DNA from: the human T2T-CHM13v2.0 reference genome, Homo sapiens
Reading direction: 5' to 3' (one strand)
Assembly (NCBI RefSeq): GCF_009914755.1
Contig: NC_060928.1
DNA length: 64,000 nt
Numbering within the stretch: the first letter of the stretch is position 1; every line of letters begins with the position of its first letter. The notes beneath the pieces were generated by a model, which was given only the letters and a program-made list of their open reading frames with translations, had not been told where the DNA came from and made no database searches. The position numbers and the translations under genes are program-made. Of the stretch, positions 1 to 14,549 are shown in pieces.

Positions 1-1958
1 TCTTGTTTTGAGGCGATGCTTTCTGATTTATTTCACGTTTATTTTCTGTAAAGGAAAACACCCTCCTAAACATACATTTTCTCAAGGCACATCACATGGT
101 CTGAAAAAAAAAACAAAAAAAGGACATCTTCTCCAAATTGGTATTCCTCCAGCTGGAGCAGCTCTGTTGCTGCCAAGCTTCGGTTCTTTGACAAGAAGAG
201 ACATTTCAAAGCCGGGTCCCACAGGAGGGGTTCACGCCACACACGTGGCCAAGCCCTTCCTGATTCCTGAACCTGCCCCTGCCCGCTGGCCTTTGGGACC
301 TCCCCAGCCCCTGGCCCTGGCGGCCCGAGGAAGTTCTGTGTAGGAATAATATGGTCTACTTAATTAATGCATATTTTATTTGGTGACAACGTCCCTAATT
401 GCCATGAGCTCTACTTAGTAACAATATGCTCTATTTAATTAACTTTGTGTATTCTGGTTAAAAACATTATGCTTCATTTAATTTATTTCATCTGCTCACT
501 GATGGTGAATTCCACAACACGGGCACAGGAGGCTGCCCCACCTGGAAGGTAGTCCCGGGACAGAGCATTTCAGATGTGGCAGAGTGCAGGCAAGGGGCTG
601 GCAGGCTCATTTGTCCCACGGGGCCTGGGTGGGGGCCCTCAGCTCCCACATCTCCCCCAAACTCACCGGGCCCCACACAAACCTGTCCCCTTAGCTCTGT
701 TTGGGGGCACGCCAGCCCCTTCGCTCCATCCCTGCCCTGCTTCCCAGCGTCAGCGCCAGAGTCCCTCTGGGTCCTCCCCCTCCCATGGCCGAGCCGTCGA
801 GAGACACCGTGGGCCCGTACCTGCTGGCCCTGAGCTCCCTGAGCCTGCGTGCTCGTTGCTCTGAGCGCACACAAGGATTCGATGGCAGATAAACTACTGC
901 CGCATGGGGAGTGTGCGCAGACCCCCAAGAGTGATGGGCCCGGCGGGTGTGTGGGGTCTGGTGGGCGTGTGGGAGGGCTGGGGCTGGAGTGGGGACACTG
1001 GCTTCACAAAGGTTGTGACACAGAGCTGGGCCCTGACAGGAGGGGGGCAGCTGACAAGGGGGCCCCGTGGGTGTGGGCAGCATCCCCACTGGGCAGGAAG
1101 GGTGTGAGCCGCGCAGAGGCCTGCCGGACGCCTGGCCACCAGCACTCCCCTCTGGGCCTGGCTTCCTGGTGCAGCTCCTGAGGCACAGCTTCCCCCATGC
1201 TTTGGGGCCAGGAAAATACTCACTGGGGACATGCAGGCCCATGGGTGTCCCTTGAGGTGGACCTGGTCAAGCTCTGACGAACCCCAACTCTCTCGGGAGG
1301 ACAGATGGGGTTTGGGTTCCTCTGTTGCCTGGGTCGGCTCAGACCCTGACACAAGCAAGCCCCCAAAGTCTGGAGGTTCCTCCTTTCCGGGACGTATGGA
1401 CCCTGGCATGTTGCCACAGGCCCAGGGGAAGGCTAGGGAAACACCTGCTTAGAGGCTGACAGGGCATTCCAGGGCCTTCTGCAAAGGGATCCGGTCCCCG
1501 TGAAGGGACTCTGGGCCTTTGCACCGATTCCCACATGGAGACTGCATGAGGCATGTGGCTTGCTGGGGGCCTCAGGGGCCCCAGGTCCCAGCTCCCAGCT
1601 CTCCTTGTCTCTAATTATGGATGCCGTCAACCCTGAGTGAGCCGCCATCCCCCCACCCCTACGAGCCCCATTGGTGTAGCCCCTAGAGTGGGCTGACTCC
1701 AGCCTGGCTGCCCACTCTGCCTGCCATTCCCTGCCCAGGAAGTGCATCTACCTGCCTCTGCCATCAGGATCCTGTTGCCCTGCTGTGGGAGGGACCCAGT
1801 CCGAGGTCCCACCTCCCCCTATCAGCCTCCACCTGCTGAGGACACCCACAACCAGGTCCCCAAGTAAGGTGTGGGCCCCTCAGAGAACATTGTTTTACAT
1901 GTTTTCTTATTGGGGTAAAACACACATGACGTACAACTTACCAACTTAACCATCACAA

Positions 1959-2252
1959 TTTTTTTTTTTGGAGACAGGATCTCATTCTGTTGCCCAGGCT
2001 GCAGTGCAGTGGCGCGATCTTGGCTCATTGCAACCTCACTTCTCAGGCTCAAGTGATCCTCCTGCCTCAGTCTCCTGAGTAGCTGGGACCACAGGCACGC
2101 ACCACCACGCCCAGCTAATTTTTTGTGTTTTTGGTAGAGACGGGGTTTCACTGTGTTGCCCAGGCTGGTCTCCAACTCCTGAGCTTAAGTGAGCCACCTA
2201 CCTCAGCCTTCCAAAGAGCTGGGATTACAGGCATGAGCCACCGTGCCTGGCC
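1959..2252 (-). mobile_element. Alu (AluJ-like)
   Basis: Poly-T followed by the reverse Alu consensus; ACAATTTT on both flanks. Confidence 0.92.
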
Positions 2253-2289
2253 TACAATTTTTATTTTTTACTTTTTTAATTAGTGCAAA

Positions 2290-3295
2290 TCCCATAGTAT
2301 ATTTATATATTTTTAATTAACAAATGAAAAATTGTACAATCTGATGCTTTGATATATGTTTACACTACAGAGTGATTAAGCTAATTAATGTGTCCCATCA
2401 TTCACATCCCATTTTTTGTGATTAGTACATTTAAAATCTACTCTTAGAGATTTTCAAGGGTACATTATTATTGACTAGTCATCATGCTGTACAATAGATC
2501 TTCTGAACTTAATTCATCCTGCATAGCTGAAACTTTGTGCCCTTTGACCAATGTCTCCCCAATTCCTACCCACCCACAGCCTCTGGTAACCTGCATCCTA
2601 CTCTCTGTTTCTGTGACTTGGACATTTTCAGATTCCACATGTAAGTTAGACCGGGCAATATTTGTCTTTCTGTGCCTGGCTTATTTCACTGTTATAATGT
2701 CCCCCAGGTTTATCTGTGTTGTTGCAGATGGCACATTTCCTTCTTTTTAAGGCTCCAGAGTATTCAGTAATTCACGATGTTTTCTTTATCCACCTAATCC
2801 ATCGACGAGCGCTTAGGTGGGTTCCACATCCCGGCTATTGTGAGTGGTGCCGTGCTGAGCCTGGGAGTGCAGACGTCTCTTTGACACACTGATTTCATTT
2901 CCTTTGGATACATACTCAGCAATGAGATTGCTGGATCACACGGTAGTTCTAGTTTTGATTTGTTGTGGAACCTCCATACTCTTTTCCATAATGGCTGTAT
3001 CTTAACCATTGTTAAGGGTACAGCTCAGGGGTATCAAGCACCTTCACACTGTTGAGCAAACATCTCCACCCATCTCCAGAATGCTTCCATCTTCCCAAAC
3101 TGAAACTGTCAATAACTTCTGTCCTCTTCTCCCCCGCCCCTGCCACCCACCCTTCTACTATCCGTCTCTATAAATGTACCTACTCTAAGAACCTCCTATA
3201 AGTGGAATCAGACAGTATCTGTCCTTTGTGACGAGCTTATTTCACTTAGCATAGTGTCCTCAAGGGTCATCCGTGTCGTAGCCTGTGTTGGAATG
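2290..3295 (-). mobile_element. Old L1 (L1M) 3' fragments
   Basis: Typical L1M 3'UTR motifs (tctgtgcctggcttatttcact, gatttcatttcctttggata, aagtggaatcagacagtat). Confidence 0.75.
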
Positions 3296-4096
3296 TGGGG
3301 GGACGCCCCCACACCCCGAGTCCCGTGGAAGAATTATCATCCATCCCACTTGTTCAACTCAGGAGTGCCTCCTTAAGCAACTGTAGCCTATGAGCTGTGG
3401 GTAGGGCCGCTGAGCCGCTGCCTGGCAGGCACGGAAGAGCAGGTGCACGCTTCTCCATGGCCCTCCCTGTGCCAACAGAGGCCGCCCTGCCAGTCTGGGC
3501 CCAAGAGTGAAGCCTACAGGAGGAGAACCACAGGGGCCAGGGACTGACCACCCAGAGACTTGGGCATGGTTCTGTGTCTAGCCCCTCCAGATGGACTGAA
3601 TGAGTTTTGCTTAATTGGCAAGACCTACCTTTTCAAAACCTTCCAGCATGACACTTGACACCTTCTCTCCGTCTCAGGCAATTTCTCCCCACTTCTGGGG
3701 GCCCTGGCTTTCACGGGGATGGACTAGGGTGCTTCCTCCCACAGAAACAGCTTCTTGGGCCACCCCCCTGCTGGGCATGAGTTCTCTCACAGGCTCGGTG
3801 ACCCCTCGTATGAGCTGCTCGTCCTCTTCCCCTACCCCTGTCCATGAGGCACCTGGAGGCCGGGCAAGTGTAGAGGAAAAAGCCAAAGGGAAAGAAGAGA
3901 CCTGCAGGTGGTGTTTCCCCATCTCTCACTCAGGGCCACTTGTCCCTGCCCTGGAGCCTCAGGAGGCTGAGCTCTGCGGCCTGCTTCCTTCTGGCTTGGC
4001 GCTGCTCTGGAAGATTCCACCATCTGCGCATAGGCAGGAGCCAAGAAGGTCCACAGTTTTTGGGGGGCCAGGGTGGGGGCAGTTTCTTTCCTGGCT

Positions 4097-4394
4097 CTTT
4101 TTTTTTTTTTTTTGAGATGGAGTTTCACTCTGTCACCTAGGCTGGAGTGCAGTGGCACAATCTCGGCTCACAGCAACCTCCGCCTCCGGGGCTCAAGTGA
4201 TTCTCCTGACTCTGCCTCCCAACTAGCTTCGACTATAGGCGCGTGCCACCACGCTTGGCTAATTTTTTGTATTTTAGTAGAGATGGGGTTTTGCCATCTT
4301 GCCCAGGGTGGTCTCGAACTCCTGAGCTCCGGCGATCTGTCCGCCTCAGCCTCTCAAAGTGCTGGGATTACTGGCACGAGTCACCGCGCCTGGC
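4097..4394 (-). mobile_element. Alu
   Basis: Full-length reverse Alu with poly-T; TSD-like CCTGGCTCT. Confidence 0.92.
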
Positions 4395-4499
4395 CTCTTC
4401 CCTGGCTCTCTCTGCTGGGTCATCAAGGGCTGGCTGTGTCCCTTGGCCATAGGTCGCAGCTCCTGTTAAGTATCTCTCTCTCTTTGTCTGGCTTCCTGT

Positions 4500-6360
4500 A
4501 ACCGCTCTGGCCGCGCTCCTTCAGCCCTGCAGGTGAAAACAGTTCCCTCCCTGCTGTTACCTGTCCCAATTCAGCACCGCCCTGTGGCTTCCCGGCTCCC
4601 GGACCGCGCCTCTGCCAGCGGGAACCCTGCTGGACTCTTAATTAATTGTCCCACTGAGAATGCCATTGGTTTCCTCCTGGGATCCAAACTAATCACACAA
4701 GACTAGATGATGGAGAGCTGCCAAGAAACCATGGGGCGGTGGCGGGGACGGAGGGGAAGCGTTTTGAGCCCATCAAGGCAGGTGACAGGAAAGAAGCAAA
4801 CCCGAGAGGGGCCGAGTCCCTGGGCGGGCGGCAGGGCTGGAGCGTGAACAGCAGCGACGGATGCGTCTCGAGGGAAAAACGCGGCGGGAGAGAATGAGGG
4901 GAAGGCAGGAAGGAAGGGGCAGGGAGACCCAGCGCCGGGGAAGGAAGACACGAAGAGGGCGAGGAAGGAACTCCGGCCTAAAGGGTGAAGGCGGCGGCTG
5001 GGACAGGGCCAGAGGCGCAGGCCGGGGCCGGGCAGCTCCTCCTCTCGTGCCAGCGGTGCCTCCGGTCCCGCCCTCGCTGCTGCCCGCGCTCCGGGAGGGG
5101 CAGACCCGCTGGACGCCGCAGTCACCGCGCCGCCTTCGCGGGCGTCCCGGGGCCCGGAGGGAACGGCCTTTCCTGGCTGTCCCCGTGGCTTCGCCGCGGG
5201 AACTCACGCCGCCCCCGAAGCTGCCGCCAGCTCCGGGCATCTGCCCAGCCGAAAAGCCAGGGCGCCGGGGCCTGACTCCCCACAGCCAGGTTTCCCGGGC
5301 ACAGAGACCCAACGGGAGCGGGACTTCCTCGGACACCGACGGCGAAGGACAGAGACAGCCCAGGCAGGGGCGGCTCCTCCCGGCCACACCGACCTGCCCT
5401 TCGCAGGGTGTCCCGGGCCAGCGGAGGCAGAGAAAACCAGCTTGCGGGAACGCAGTCGCTCCCAGCACCAGGGCCGGGCCAGTGCGGGTACACACCGTGC
5501 GCACCAGCGCCGCCGCGCCCCCAACGGAAGTCCCGCCCCCGGCCGTGGAGGCCCCGTCCCTCGCTTCTTCTCATCCCTGCTTCCCTGGCAGTCCCGTTAC
5601 CACGCTGTCCCGACGCGAAGGCCCTCGCCCCGCCCCGTGCCCCGCCCCCGCATCGCCCCGCCCCAACCCCACCCCCTTGGCCCCGCCTCACCAGGTTCGC
5701 CCCGCCCCTCTCCGTCCCCGCCCCTCCTCCGGCCTCGGCCCCGCCCTCGCCTCGACCCCGGGGGGCGGTGGCTGCCGAGGCGACCGTTGCGCGCGCGGGC
5801 GGTGGCGCGGGCCGAAGCGCCCGGAGCGGGAGCGAGCGGCGCGGCCCGGTAGGTGTGCGGGGCCGGGGCCGGGGCGGGGGCAGGGCGCGCCGCCTCCGCT
5901 CTTTCTTTCGTCTCCGGGGCGCGCGCCCGCGCCCTCCGCCTCCCGGCCGATCCCGGCCAGCCCTGCGCGGCGCCCGTCCCCTCGGGGTCGCCGCCCGCCC
6001 GCCCTGCCTTTTGTTCGCCGGCCTGACTCAGGCTCCTGGTCCCGGGCCCGGCGCGGGGCGGGGCGGGGCGGGGGCGGGGGCGGGCGGCGCGGGGCGCGGG
6101 CCTGTGGGGCCTCCGGCCGGGCGGGTGCGCGGCCTCCTGGGGCCCCGCGCTGTGAGGCCCGCCCGGGCCCTTGGCGGGACCCGCGGGGGCGGCGCCGGGC
6201 AGGGGGTCCCGCGGGCGAGATGCGCCCGGGAGCGCTGGGAGGGTTCCCTCGTCGGACTCCACGAGCGGCCGCTTTGTTAGGGCAGAAGCTGCCTTCCGAG
6301 ACCCGAACTCCAGACGCACTGCAGCGACCTGGGGTCGCCTCAGCCGCGGTGCCGCGATTG
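4500..6360. promoter_or_regulatory. RGS12: CpG island / TATA-less promoter of RGS12 with clustered GC boxes
   Basis: Very high GC and CpG density. Many CCCCGCCC/GGGCGG Sp/KLF boxes at ~5535-5770 and ~6055-6095. Lies upstream of the RGS12 coding exons and contains a 5' splice donor. Confidence 0.9.
5770..5848 (+). other. RGS12: Probable non-coding first exon of RGS12 (start approximate)
   Basis: Donor CCG|GTAGGT at 5849, directly downstream of the GC-box cluster in the CpG island. The TSS is inferred, not observed. Confidence 0.7.
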
Positions 6361-6889
6361 TGCAGTGTAGACAGAGGGGTCCCAGAGCCGTGCGGTGTAG
6401 ACAGAGAGGGGCCCAAAGCTGTGGAATGGGGACAGAGAGGGGACCCAGAGCTGTGGAGTGTAGACAGAAAGGGCGCCCAGAGCCATGGAGTATAAACAGT
6501 GGAGTGTAGACAGAGAGGGGGCCCAGAGCTGTGGAGTGTGGACAGAGAGGGGGCCCAGAGCCGTGGAGTGTAGACCGAGAGGGGGCCCAGAGCCGTGGAG
6601 TGTAGACAGAGAGAGGGCCCAGAGCCATCTAGTGTAGACAGAGAGGGGACCCATAGCTGTGGAGTGTAGACAGAGTCTCATAGCCGTGCAGACAGAGAAG
6701 GGGCCCAGAGCCATGGAGTGTAGACAGTGGAGTGTGGACAGAGAAGGGGCCCATCGCCGTGGAGTGTGGACTGTGGAGTGTAGACAGAGCCATGGAGTGT
6801 AGACAGATAGGGGGCCCCGAGCCATGAAGTGTAGACAGTGGAGGGTGAACACAGAGGGGGCCCAGAGCCGTGGAGTGTGGACAGAGAGG
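6359..6889. repeat. Minisatellite, ~32-33-bp unit (AGAGCCGTGGAGTGTAGACAGAGAGGGGGCCC), roughly 16 imperfect copies
   Basis: Visible tandem periodicity with several truncated units. Confidence 0.92.
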
Positions 6890-8180
6890 ACCACCTGGCC
6901 TCTCACCTGCTTGGTCACTTGCTGGGAATGTGTCCCTGGGCAGGTGACCACCTTCTCTGTGCCTGAGTTTCCTCATTGGACCTGTCTTTGGAGCTGCTGC
7001 AAGGGCTAAGAGTGTCTTTGTCTGAAGTCCTCAGCGTGGTCCATGCCGTCCTGTGCAGGGCCCTTCTGAGGCCACAGGGACGTGCAGGATGGCCGGCAAG
7101 GCCTGCACAGAAGGGGCGCTGGGGGGCCTTCCCAGGCAAGGCAGCAGCCCCACCATTCACAGCAAGGAGACTACCAAGGAGGGCAGAGAGGCGGCTTTGG
7201 GCAGCAAGGGCTGCTGGGGTGGAGTCCTGCTGGCCTTCCCCTAGAGAAGGCGACGTGGGGAGGGCAGAGCAATTCTGAGTAAGGGAGAACCAGTTTATAT
7301 TTCACTTTAGAAAGTAATTGTCACAGTGCGAAGTTTCTTCCCCTGAAAAAGCGATATAAAAAGGTCCATCGTGGCCAGTGCTTTTGGGGACTTGAGATGA
7401 TGGGTATCCGGTGCCCGGGCCCTGCGTGGTGCCTCAGCTGGATGCTCTGCAGGTGGGGGAGGCCATGTTGGCTGAGGGCAGGGGCTCAGGCAAGGGCAGT
7501 GGGGTGGCTGAGCCTGCACAAGTTGGTGCACCCCTGTCTGGGTCTTTTTCTTAAAACTGCAAGTCCAGCCTTATCTCTGAGACCTCCTGAGGCTGGAACC
7601 TGCCATCAGACAGGCTTACAGTTCTAGCCCTGGTAACTGCAATGATGCGGATGCCTCTGTGACTGGCAGAGCAGAGGGAGGAGCGACAGGGCAGTGGTGA
7701 CCGGAGGTCTCAGGGAGGTTGACAAAGACAAGGGCGGAGGAAAGGCCCCTCACGTGGACTGGAGGTACAGTACTGACCTGTGGAGTGCTCAGGAGAGGGC
7801 AGGGGTGGCGCGGCCTGAGGGCATGTCCTGGGGAGGGTCAGGAGGTGGGAGGGAGGCACTCGACAGGCACTGCAAAGAGGAGGGAATCCAGGGTCAAGGG
7901 CTGGCTCCCTTTCTGCCCTGTTTAGGATGAGGGTCTCGGGGAAGAAGGGGTGGCCAGGCCGAGGAGACCTGTGGCGCTGGGAGCTGGGACTCAGTGAGGT
8001 CCTGGAGGTGGTGAGGGCCCAGAGGTGACAGCTGGTGACCCAGCCGGCCTGGCTGCTGCTGTGGGAAGGTCGGGGGTAGAGGAGATGGAGGACAGGCTGA
8101 GGCTGCCGCTAGTCAGCGCTTCCGGCTGATAGAAGGGGGCTGAGTGGGCTCTGCAGGCCTGGTTGACAGTATGTGGATCA

Positions 8181-8590
<410 letters not shown>

Positions 8591-8724
8591 AGGCTGAAGG
8601 AATAAACAACTCATTAGTTACGACTTAACACATGCAGGGCTTCAAGCACACAAAATCCTAAAGCCCAGACCATTTTACATTTTATTTGAATTTGGTGGAA
8701 TTCCTAGAAACATTTCCCTTCCCA

Positions 8725-9503
<779 letters not shown>

Positions 9504-11216
9504 GCAGGCTCCTCACTTGTCTTCGAAATGACTTCACTTTTCCCATTGTGTGCGAGGAGCACCCGTCTCATGCCTCTTCTCTGGGATGGGCAGGGTTTGT
9601 CCAGGGAAGGTCCCTGTGGTTTCACTTCCCTGCCCTTGGGGAGAGGCGGGAGCCATCCTGGAAACAGGTGTCCTGGGAAGGAAGACAAGCCTTGCTCAGG
9701 ATGCAAGCCCCAGTCATGAGAGGTTGTGGGAGGTCACTCATGCTGTGCCTTTTTAGGAGGTGGGGTCGTTACCAGTTCCAAACTGGATACTCCACACAGT
9801 GCTCATGCAGTTTTACCTGTGGTTTTGGGGGCCACCGTTGCAGAAGTTGCCTAGATTCTTCCATGAAGGAGCCTCTTGCCTCGGGCTCCGGGCAAGGAAC
9901 TCTTGTGTTAGAAGTTCCCTTCTTCTGTGTCTTTTAAGGTCTGGACTTCAGTGAAAGAGAAAAGAAACATCTAGTTTGTTCTTTCTGTTTTTCTTTTCTT
10001 TCTGCTTTTCCATGCACTTGCTGTCCCCAACTCTGTAATCATGGTGATACCCGATACGCATACACACTCTACTCACATATCTTTTCCTACATCTTTGTGT
10101 CCCTTAGCAGTGATCTTAGTTGTCCTTCCAGCATGCCTGAAAAAGGGCTGAGTCTGTGGATTGAAGCGTCCAGTTGTAGGCATTCTCCTGCCCTGCCTGG
10201 CCGCAGCCCCCAGAGGCGGGATCCTAAGTGGTCTGTTTTCTCAGGCATTTACTGCTGTTGAAGCTGCTCCTTTAAAGCTTAAGACATTATTTTTTTATTT
10301 CTCCCAAAGGCCGTGGGGAGGTTTAGCTCTCCTCTGTCCCACCAGCCTCCCTGTCCCTCTATGTGCCATCATAATCACTGCATTTTTGGTGAAATCGACA
10401 GTCCTTGCTCTTGTGTGACTGTAAGCATTGCTCATTACTGCGCCAAGGAGTGCCCTGAGCACAGGTCCTCTCGCACAGCCCTGTGGATTAGCATCTTCTA
10501 GTCACCCACCTATCAAAATGGTTTGTTTTTCATTGCATCCAGGACACTAGCCCCATCCCCACCCCTTTGGGATTGGAGCCTTCTCCCTGCTCTCGTTTGC
10601 CCTGGTCTCCAGGAGACCTGCTGCGCCGCTGTCACCCGCATTTCCCGCTGCTGTCCTCCATCTGTGGGGCTCCCTGTGCACTGGGTCCTGCTCTTCTCTC
10701 TCTGCTTGGCTCACTCCTCGTTTTGCTGAAGTCCTACTCTTTTGATACCTAAGAAACATCACATAGGTATTTTTTTTGGTCCTTGATTTAGAAAACATCT
10801 TTATTTTACTCTCCAATTACCTTTTAACTTAGCTGGGTATAAAATTTTAGACAATGATTTTTTCGGAATTTTGAAAATGTTGCTTCATTGCATTTGGTTT
10901 CTGTGCTGTTGAGGTCTGACGCCATTCTGATTTCAGTTCTTCTGTGTGTGATCTCTCCTGCCTCAAGCTCATAGAAGCGGCTCTTTTCCCTCAGTGTTCT
11001 GAGAAGCCCGATAATGGCATCTGCTTCCGTTTATTGTGCTGGGCACTCCGTGGGCCCTTTCAGTCTGAGGATAGAAGTTTTTAAATTTCAAAGATAATTT
11101 TCTTTCAGTTTTGCTGTTTTCTCTTTCTGGAACTTTTATTTGGAGGTTGGACCTCCTAGGTTGATCCTCTAATTCTCTTTTTTCTCATCTTGTTGATCTC
11201 TTTGATGTTTGTTCAA

Positions 11217-11420
11217 TTTTTTTTTTAAGAGACGGAGTCTCACTCTTTTGCCCAGGCTGGAGTGCAGTGGTGCAGTCATAGCTCGCTGCAGCCCCAAACT
11301 CCTGGGCTCAAGCGATCCCCCTGCCTCAACCTCCTGAGTAGCTGGGAACACAAGCATGCACCCCCACAACTGGCAATTTTTACTTTTCATTTTATTTTTT
11401 CATAGTCTCGTCATGTTGCC
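11217..11420 (-). mobile_element. Partial Alu (AluJ-like) within degraded L1 sequence
   Basis: Reverse Alu right arm; T-rich L1-like flanks at ~10700-12400. Confidence 0.75.
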
Positions 11421-13359
11421 CCTTTGCTGTTTCTAAGAAGTCAGTCACTCTGGTAGCTGCGTTGCTCCTTTATGTTATATGATGAGGTGCTTTCAAGCTC
11501 CTCCTGGGATTTTTGGCTTCCAGCAGTTTGATTGTGATGTTCTTAGGAGGGTTTGCTTTGTATTTGTCCTGCTCAGGGTTTGTTGAACTTCTTGGATATG
11601 TAATTTTTCACCATCTTCAAACTGCTATTAAGTTTCGTGCATTTTAAAATTTCAGTTACAGTAGTTTTTATTTCTAGAATTTTCACTTATTTTTTATGGT
11701 TGCCATTTCTCTGCTCTGTCATTTGTTTATTGTGATCATACTGTCATTAAATCTTTGAACACATACTAGCGGCTTTAATGTTCTTTTCTGCTAATTTCAA
11801 CACCTGCATTACCTCAGGATCAATTTCTATTGGCTTCTTCCAACTATGGGCCACATCTTCCTGTTTCTTTGAACATCTAGTGTTATTTGATGGTGTACTG
11901 GACATTGTAGATGGTAACTGTAGTGACTTCTTTTTTCTGAAGAGTGTTGATTTTTGTTCTGGAAGTTAATTTGTCTGGACTCAAATGAAAATCTCTGCTG
12001 CAGTCTCTGCTTGGTGCTGTTGACCTTCCGGCTGCCTCCTTCTGCTGGACTCTGGGGTCTCTCTGTGCATGGATGGCTCACCACTGGCCAGGACCTAGGC
12101 AGAATTTACTAACAGATCTCACGACTGCCTCTTCCCCAGTGACCTCCTTTCTGAGATATGCCCCTCACTGTTCAGCCACCCAGCCCTCCCCAAGCCCTAT
12201 CTTGGACTCTTCAAGCTGGGAGGATCACAACTTCTACCTGTGCTCTAGCCATTTTTAGAAACACTTGTTTTAGTTGGTGCAGCTCTCTCCTTTCAGGGGA
12301 CAACTCCCCTCCACTTTCTGCCTGCTTTTCATAGCTCTCCAGGACCTCCCAGAGTTGGTTTTTGTGTCTTGTGTCTGGTTGGAACTTGATTTAGCAGCGT
12401 GGGAGGATGTGGGAACTGTCAATTTACGGACAGAGCTGCCGGCACTTTGATTAGTAGCCAGGCATTGGTCTTTGGCAGTTTGCTTGTTTTTCTCATAGAG
12501 CGTTCAAGTGATCAGGGAGCGAGCACTCCAGTTAAAAGAAAGTTCTTCCCCTACCAACACCTGACTTCTGGATCTTAAGTGTTAGCCTAGAATAGATGCA
12601 TTTCCTGGATGGGTCAACTAACCTGATGAGCCTGGTGGCAGAGAGACTGTGCGTCCTTTATTGCCTTCCTCTGATGCGAGCACCATAAGGATAGGGCCTA
12701 TGGGCTCTTCTTTGACTTTCCAGAGGCCCATGACCCCTGGACCCCTGGACCCCACGCAGGTGTGCTAGGCTGGGTCTCCTCCAGGCTCACTGAGGGTGGG
12801 AGGAAAGGCTCAGCCTGGCCTGTGGCTGCTGTTCCGCGGTCTTCACCTCACCCCCACAGTCTTTTCTAACTCTGTGCTGCAGTTTGTCTATAAAATAAGG
12901 TTGTTGTGAGGTTTAAATAGCATGATGTGTGGAAAACGGTTAGGAGCAGTGGCTGATACCTGGGAGTCCTGGTCACCATTAGCGATGGTGCTGGTGGCAT
13001 CGCTGCAGGCTTGCACTCTGCTGGGAACAGGTGCTCGCCTCGGAGGCGCCCAGGCCTTCACTGAGTGCATCTGGGTCTGGCCCCCACTGTGTGCCAGGCT
13101 GCTGGAGACAGCAGTGCCGCGGGCTCTGCTGAGCTGGAGTGCAGTGAAGGTGCTTTAGGCAGGGTGAGGGGCTGGCTTGCCCCGCCTGCCAGAGCGCCCT
13201 GCACTCCAGGGGCCTGGAGTCCAGCCTGGGAGTTAGTAGACAATCGTGTGGAAGAGGGACAGCTCTGTGGATTCCAGCCTTTAGCAGCCAGATTCCTCCC
13301 TGCGAGGCTGGGGACGTTGGCCCTGGGAGGAGGAGGACTGCCTGGGCCCGCCCCTCCTA

Positions 13360-13805
13360 GGAGTTCCTGTGCCTGCTGGCACAAATTATCACCAGCGAGG
13401 GGCTAGCCCAGTAGCAGCCCCCGGTCCCGTCACAGTTCTGGAGACTGGAAGCCTGAAGTCAAGGTGTGGCAGAGCTGTGACCCCTCCGAAGGCTTTAGGG
13501 GGAGACCCTTCCTGCCTCTCCCAGCTTCCAGGGCTCCCGGCATTGCTAGGCTTGTGTTTGCATTGCTCCAGTCCCTGCCTCTGTCCCCATGTGGCATTCT
13601 CTCACGTGGCTTTCTCTGGGTCTGTGTGTCCCTTTTGCCTCCCTCTTTTACGGACACCTGTGATTGCATTTAGGACCCACCTGGGAAATTCAGGATCATT
13701 GCCTCATCTCAGAATCCTTAACATAATCCTTTTCCAAATAGGGTCACAATCACAGCTTCTGGGGATTGGGCCCTGGTATCTTTGGGGCTGCCGTTTGCCC
13801 CACTG
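13360..13805 (-). mobile_element. MaLR LTR (MLT1B/C-like)
   Basis: cacagttctggagactggaagcctgaagtcaaggtgtggcag…cttcctgcctctcccagcttc motifs. Confidence 0.7.
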
Positions 13806-13886
13806 CACCTGCCTAGACCTGGGGGTGGTGAGGAGCCACGTGAGGAGGTCACAAGGGCACAGCGCTTCAGGCCCCAGGAGCCTCCC

Positions 13887-14096
13887 CGGCTGCCCTCCTC
13901 TGTAACACGGGGTCTGTCCCCGGCTGCCCTCCTCTGTAACACGGGGTCTGTCCTGGCTGCCCTCCTCTGTAACACGGGGTCTGTCCCGGCTGCCCTCCTC
14001 TGTAACACGGGGTCTGTCCCCGGCTGCCCTCCTCTGTAACACGGGGTCTGTCCCGGCTGCCCTCCTCTGTTACATGGGGTCTGTCCCGGCTGCCCT
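13887..14096. repeat. Minisatellite, 33-34-bp unit (CGGCTGCCCTCCTCTGTAACACGGGGTCTGTCCC) x ~6.3
   Basis: Near-identical tandem copies. Confidence 0.95.
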
Positions 14097-14417
14097 GTGG
14101 GCAGGACAGGTGCACAGCTTGTCCTTAACACGCTTGGTGCTGAAGAGGCTCACAGTACTGTGAACATTGGCAATGATTTTGTCTTTCTGAGAGTGGATAA
14201 GATACTAAAAGCAAAAGGACCCCTTCAGGCCTAGTGAACACAAAACAGTGGTGGAACCCTCTGTGTCTTTTTCCCTTGAATCCTGTAGGTGGGTTACCAG
14301 GTGTCGGTGAATAGGAGAATCACATGTAGGAGGCTGATTGGAAATAAGACCCATTTGTTGATGAGAAAAATTGGTTTCAGTCTTTCTGGGGTGTTTTGGG
14401 CTAAGGAGAGGCCCGCC

Positions 14418-14549
14418 AGGGCCAGGGATGGAGAGTGAGGCCGGGGTCCGAGGGCCGGGGATGGAGAGTGAGGCCGGGGTCCGAGGGCCGGGGATGGACA
14501 GTGAGGCCGGGGTCCGAGGGCTGGGGATGGAGAGTGAGGCCGGGGTCTG
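14418..14549. repeat. Minisatellite, 33-bp unit (AGGGCCGGGGATGGAGAGTGAGGCCGGGGTCCG) x 4
   Basis: Four near-identical tandem copies. Confidence 0.95.

Noticed and set aside
4703-6628. 544-aa and other Arg/Pro/Gly-rich ORFs
   Set aside because: Stop-codon scarcity in a CpG island; no recognisable protein.
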